From NCBI GenBank assembly GCA_041611735.1, contig JBFIML010000037.1, forward strand, positions 1 through 43,998: a stretch of DNA of 43,998 nucleotides, read 5' to 3'. Positions 39,992 through 43,998 of the stretch are shown here, piece after piece; position 1 is the stretch's first letter, and each line of letters begins with the position of its first letter. The position numbers and the translations under genes were made by a program. Under the pieces are notes generated by a model. That model saw nothing but the letters and a program-made list of their open reading frames with translations. It did no database searches and was not told the origin of the DNA. Source of the stretch: Myxococcota bacterium (GTDB lineage: Bacteria; Myxococcota_A; UBA9160; PR03).

Positions 39992-42724
39992 GTGTCAAAA
40001 GCACTCGTCATCACCGAGAAGCCGAGCGTTGCCCGTGACATCGCCAGCGCCCTGGGCGGCTTCCAGGAGCAGGACGGCTGGCTCGAGAGCGACCGCTACG
40101 TGGTGACCTGGGCGGTGGGTCACCTGCTCGAGCTGCTCGAGCCTGAGGAGATCGACCCGGTCTACAAGCGCTGGACCCTCGACACCCTCCCGATCCTCCC
40201 CGACGCGTTCCAGCTCAAGCCGAAGCGTGGCCACAGCGAGCGGCTGCGCACGATCAAGAAGCTCCTCGGACGCAAGGACGTGAGCGACCTCGTGAACGCC
40301 TGCGACGCGGGTCGTGAGGGCGAGCTGATCTTCCGCGAGATCGAGCAGCATCTCGGGTCGCAGCTCCCGGTGCGGCGCCTGTGGCTGCAGTCCATGACCG
40401 AGGAGGCGATCCGGGACGGCTTCGACCGGCTGCGCCCGGGCGAGGAGCTGGAGGGTCTGGCGGCCGCCGCCGAGTGTCGCGCCGTCTCCGACTGGCTGAT
40501 CGGGATGAACGCGACCCGCGCGCTCACGAAGCGGCTGCGTGGCCGTCGCGAGCGCGGCGCCTGGTCGGCGGGGCGCGTGCAGACGCCCACCCTGGCCCTC
40601 CTGGTGGATCGCGAGATCGAGGTGCTCGCGCACGTGCCGCGCGCCTACTGGCGCGTGACCGGCGTCTTCGACCACGAGGGGCAGTCCTACGAGGGAGCCT
40701 GGTTCGATCCGGGCTTCCAGCCGGGCGCCGACGAGGAGGCCCGCGACGACCGCCTCTTCGACGAGGCCCGGGCGCGCGCCATCGTGGAGGCGGTGCAGGG
40801 ACGTCCCGGCACCGCCGAGGAGACCCGCAAGCCGTCGCGGGAGTCGCCGCCGCCGCTCTTCGACCTGACCAGCCTGCAGCGGGAGGCCAATCGCCGCTTC
40901 GGCTGGTCGGCGCGCCGCACGCTCTCGGCGGCCCAGCGCTGCTACGAAGGCCACAAGATCCTGACCTATCCCCGCACCGACTCCCGCTGCCTCCCGTCGG
41001 ACTACCGGGCCACGGTGCACGGCGTGCTGGAGGCCTTCTCCCGGGCCCGCGCCAACGGGGCCCGCGGCGAGGAGGGGCGCGAGCCCGTGGCCGACTACGC
41101 GGTTGCCGCCCGGCGGCTGCTCGACGACGGCCTCGAGAACGAGAGCCGCATCTTCGACGACGCGGGCATCTCGGACCACTTCGCCATCGTCCCGACCGGG
41201 AAGCTGCCCCGGCAGGCCCTCTCGGGCGACGACCGGCGGCTGTTCGATCTGGTGGTGCGGCGCTTCCTGGGGGCCTTCCATCCGCCGGCCATCTGGGAGC
41301 GCGTGGAGCGGGTGACCCAGGTGGCGGAGCACCGCTTCCGCAGCCGGGCGCGCACCCTCACGACGCCTGGCTGGCGGGCCGTGCTGGAGAGCTCGAGCGA
41401 CGGCGAGGAGGCCACCGCCCTGCCGCCGCTGCGGGCCGGCGCCGCAGAGGCCTCGGGGGTGGCGGTCGCGAACCGGCAGTCGGAGCTCGTCGCCGAGCAG
41501 ACCCGGCCGTCCCCGCGCATTACCGAGGCACGTCTGCTCTCGCTCATGGAGAACGCGGGCCAGCAGATCGACGACGAGGACCTGGCGGCGGTGCTGCACG
41601 AGAAGGGGATCGGGACCCCGGCCACGCGGGCCGAGATCATCGAGAACCTGATCGCCAAGGGCTACGCGGTACGCATGGGCAAGGCGCTGCGCCCCACGGC
41701 CAAGGGCATCCGCCTGATCGACATCCTGCGTCGCATCCACGTGGATCGCCTGGCCTCGCCGGAGCTGACCGGCGAACTCGAGCAGCACCTGCTCGACGTG
41801 GAGCGCGGCCGCCGCTCGCGCGAGGCGATCATGGAAGAGATGAAGTCCTATGCGCGGGAGATCGTGGAGCACACCAAGGGCTTCGAGTACGAGGACCTCT
41901 ACAAGGGGGAGCCGCCGCTGGGGCCCTGCCCGCGCTGTAGCCGGCCGGTGGTGGAGCAGGCCTGGTTCTATCGCTGCGAGCCAGATCCCGGTGCCGAAGA
42001 GGACTGCCCGGTGCGCATCTGGAAGGACACCTCCGGGCGCTACCTGGACCGGGCCACCGTTACCGCGCTGCTGCGCGACGGCCGCAGCGGGGTCCTGGAG
42101 GGGTTCGCGGCCCGCAACGGTCGCCCCTACCGGGGGGTGCTCGAGATGGACCGGGAGCGTTGGAGCCCCAAGGTGGTGCCCGAGAGCTGGGAGGAGGGGG
42201 AGGCGGCCCGGGCCGAGCCGGAGTACGAGGTCGACCCGGAGCCCCTGCAACGCTGCCCCTTCGAAGAGGAGTGCCAGGTCATCGAGTCGCCCACCCAGTA
42301 CGTGTGCGAGCGCAAGCTCAAGGAGGCCGAGCTCGGCAAGGACCCGGAGGGGCCCAGGAGCTGCGGTTTCGTCCTGCCGCGCACCGTCTGCAAGCGGGAG
42401 ATCACGCGGGAGGAGGCGCTGGTGTACCTGGCCGGCGGGCGCACCGAGCTCCTGACGGACTTCACCTCCCGCTACGGGCGTCCTTTCTCGGCGACCCTGG
42501 TCCTGAAGAAGAACGGACGCCACGGCTTCGAGTTCCCGCCGCGGGCGCCCCGGGGCGGTCGGAAGGCGTCGAGCGACGACGGCGAGGCCTCCCCGAAGCC
42601 CGCCGCCAAGGGCCGGGGCGGCGCGAAGGCCGCCGCCGGGGGGAAGAAGACGCGCCCGCGGGTGCGGACTGCCGCGAAGCGCCCGCGCAAGAAGGCCGCG
42701 AAGAAGAAGTCCCAGCCGGACTGA
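39992..42724 (+). CDS. topB: Type IA DNA topoisomerase (topoisomerase III-like) with C-terminal repeats and basic tail
   Basis: From GTG 39992: ITEKPSVARDIA, NACDAGREGELIF, GRVQTPTL, LTYPRTDS (catalytic Tyr), DHFAIVPT, GIGTPATRAEIIE. Confidence 0.88.
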   Translation: MSKALVITEKPSVARDIASALGGFQEQDGWLESDRYVVTWAVGHLLELLEPEEIDPVYKRWTLDTLPILPDAFQLKPKRGHSERLRTIKKLLGRKDVSDLVNACDAGREGELIFREIEQHLGSQLPVRRLWLQSMTEEAIRDGFDRLRPGEELEGLAAAAECRAVSDWLIGMNATRALTKRLRGRRERGAWSAGRVQTPTLALLVDREIEVLAHVPRAYWRVTGVFDHEGQSYEGAWFDPGFQPGADEEARDDRLFDEARARAIVEAVQGRPGTAEETRKPSRESPPPLFDLTSLQREANRRFGWSARRTLSAAQRCYEGHKILTYPRTDSRCLPSDYRATVHGVLEAFSRARANGARGEEGREPVADYAVAARRLLDDGLENESRIFDDAGISDHFAIVPTGKLPRQALSGDDRRLFDLVVRRFLGAFHPPAIWERVERVTQVAEHRFRSRARTLTTPGWRAVLESSSDGEEATALPPLRAGAAEASGVAVANRQSELVAEQTRPSPRITEARLLSLMENAGQQIDDEDLAAVLHEKGIGTPATRAEIIENLIAKGYAVRMGKALRPTAKGIRLIDILRRIHVDRLASPELTGELEQHLLDVERGRRSREAIMEEMKSYAREIVEHTKGFEYEDLYKGEPPLGPCPRCSRPVVEQAWFYRCEPDPGAEEDCPVRIWKDTSGRYLDRATVTALLRDGRSGVLEGFAARNGRPYRGVLEMDRERWSPKVVPESWEEGEAARAEPEYEVDPEPLQRCPFEEECQVIESPTQYVCERKLKEAELGKDPEGPRSCGFVLPRTVCKREITREEALVYLAGGRTELLTDFTSRYGRPFSATLVLKKNGRHGFEFPPRAPRGGRKASSDDGEASPKPAAKGRGGAKAAAGGKKTRPRVRTAAKRPRKKAAKKKSQPD

Positions 42725-42830
42725 TCCCCGCGGTCCGGGTCGATCGCCGCGCCTGAGGCGGATTATCCCACCGGGTGGGGACAATCCCTCTCACGCCGAT
42801 GCGCGCCGACGCGCCTACCGCCGCCTCGCA

Positions 42831-42846
42831 CGGCATCCCGTATGCA
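42831..42846 (+). promoter_or_regulatory. Putative sigma54 (-24/-12) promoter
   Basis: CGGCATCCCGTATGCA: GG (42832-42833)-N10-GC (42844-42845) with GGCA and TGCA cores, 40 nt before the ATG at 42886. Confidence 0.6.
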
Positions 42847-42885
42847 ATAATGAGCGCGCCGATGGGGGAGGAGCGGAGGTCCTCC

Positions 42886-43998
42886 ATGGGCGGAGCGGGA
42901 GCGGTTCGCGGTCGGATCCTGGGCCTCTTCGTCCTGGTGGGAATGGTTGCAGCCCCGTCCGCCCGGGCCTTCGAGTTCCTGGACGGCCGGCTCCAGGTCC
43001 ACGGCTTCTTCGAGAACCAGATCCGCTTCCTCGCCGACGACTTTCACGCGGCGGACGACTGGGACCTGGCCCAGTGGTACCACGTGCTGAACGTCGAGGT
43101 GGAGTGGGACCTGGCTCCCAACGGCCTGGGACCCTTCGACCTCGTCTCCCTGTTCAGTCGCCTGGAGGGGCGCTACGACTGCGTCTGGCAGCGCGCCTGC
43201 GGCCTGCTGCGGGCCCATGACCAGCCCTACGGTGACGACGCCCGTCACCTGCCCAAGCGGGTCTCCGACGCCCGGCGCCCGGGCTTCACCGGCACCGTTC
43301 CCACCGGCGACGTCCGGCGCCGCCACGGGGTTCCGCGCGAGGCCGTGCTGGACCTGGACCCGGGGCCCGGCACCTTCCTGGCCAACGTTCCGGCGCTGGA
43401 CTTCCCGTTCAAGGATCGCGACTTCGGCGATCGGCGCCGGCCGGGCCTGTGGTTCAACACGCCGGTTCTCGACGACCTCTTCAACAACGCCGGCGTGGAT
43501 ACGATCTTCGGCAGCGCGGACGATCCGGCCCCCTTCTACTTCGAGCCCGTGATCACGGGCTGCAAGTACGCCTTCCGGGACGTTCCGGGCCCGGAGAACG
43601 GCGTCGGCACGCAACCCGGCGTCTGGAACCCGGGCTGCCAGATCCGGACGCTCGGCACCCTGCGCTTCAAGCCCAACCCGTTCCGTTCCGGGGACCTGAG
43701 CCCCATCACCGGCGCCGGGGGCAGCACCGAGCAGCCCTTCCGGCCGGCTCCGCTGTTCTCCTTCCAGGATCCCTCGGCGCCCGCCGTTGCGGCCCAGGGT
43801 GTCTACTACCCGAACGCGGCGGTCCGTCGCCTGCTCGACGCCGGCGACTTCGACGATTTCGACCAGAACTTCCGCCAGGCGGAGCTCGAGTGGAACCGGG
43901 GCGCCAGCCAGCAGGACGAGAAGGAGCTGAAGGAGCTCTACCTGGACCTGGAGCTGTTCGACAGCCGGCTCTGGATCCGGGCCGGCAAGCAGAGCATC
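42886..43998 (+). CDS. Secreted/outer-membrane protein, DUF1302-like (runs off the window)
   Basis: Not in the ORF track (no stop). GGAGG RBS, signal peptide ending SARA, mature FEFLDGRLQVHGFFENQ, and KELYLDLE...LWIRAGKQSI typical of DUF1302-type beta-barrels. Confidence 0.7.
   Translation, partial: MGGAGAVRGRILGLFVLVGMVAAPSARAFEFLDGRLQVHGFFENQIRFLADDFHAADDWDLAQWYHVLNVEVEWDLAPNGLGPFDLVSLFSRLEGRYDCVWQRACGLLRAHDQPYGDDARHLPKRVSDARRPGFTGTVPTGDVRRRHGVPREAVLDLDPGPGTFLANVPALDFPFKDRDFGDRRRPGLWFNTPVLDDLFNNAGVDTIFGSADDPAPFYFEPVITGCKYAFRDVPGPENGVGTQPGVWNPGCQIRTLGTLRFKPNPFRSGDLSPITGAGGSTEQPFRPAPLFSFQDPSAPAVAAQGVYYPNAAVRRLLDAGDFDDFDQNFRQAELEWNRGASQQDEKELKELYLDLELFDSRLWIRAGKQSI

Noticed and set aside
42763-42785. 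DnaA-box-like words (TTATCCCAC, TTGTCCCCA) suggesting an origin
   Set aside because: Both deviate from TTWTNCACA, there is no box cluster or AT-rich unwinding element, and no origin-linked genes are nearby.

Overview
Very GC-rich bacterial chromosomal segment (roughly 70-75% GC by eye; gene repertoire suggests a Myxococcota/deltaproteobacterium-like organism, which is inference). It is densely packed with about 38 genes. Housekeeping genes: ettA, dapL, speA, hisS, type IA topoisomerase (TopB-like), HIT protein and nucleoside phosphorylase. Redox and lipid-catabolic genes: a GMC oxidoreductase pair, GST, SCO-CusF fusion, ThiO-like oxidase, two LLM enzymes, a PPOX/F420-type enzyme, three acyl-CoA dehydrogenases, an AgpS-like FAD oxidase, thiolase, ADP-forming acyl-CoA synthetase, PhyH and TesB, plus a TetR regulator. 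Also present are an ABC-2 exporter, an alanine/glycine symporter and several envelope proteins (VWA, SPFH, FG-GAP lipoprotein, and a truncated DUF1302-like protein at the right edge). I saw no rRNA, tRNA, CRISPR array, transposase or integrase. The most unusual feature is non-coding: at 37721-38588, between two convergent genes, lie two tandem ~430-nt units. Each unit is a near full-length imperfect inverted repeat (rod-like hairpin), and several differences between the copies are compensatory or G-U-compatible. Other notable points: a PhyH very similar to eukaryotic peroxisomal PHYH inside a TetR-controlled acyl-CoA cluster, a VWA protein fused to a catalytically dead trypsin-like domain, and readable sigma70, sigma54 and sigma28-type and leaderless promoter signals.
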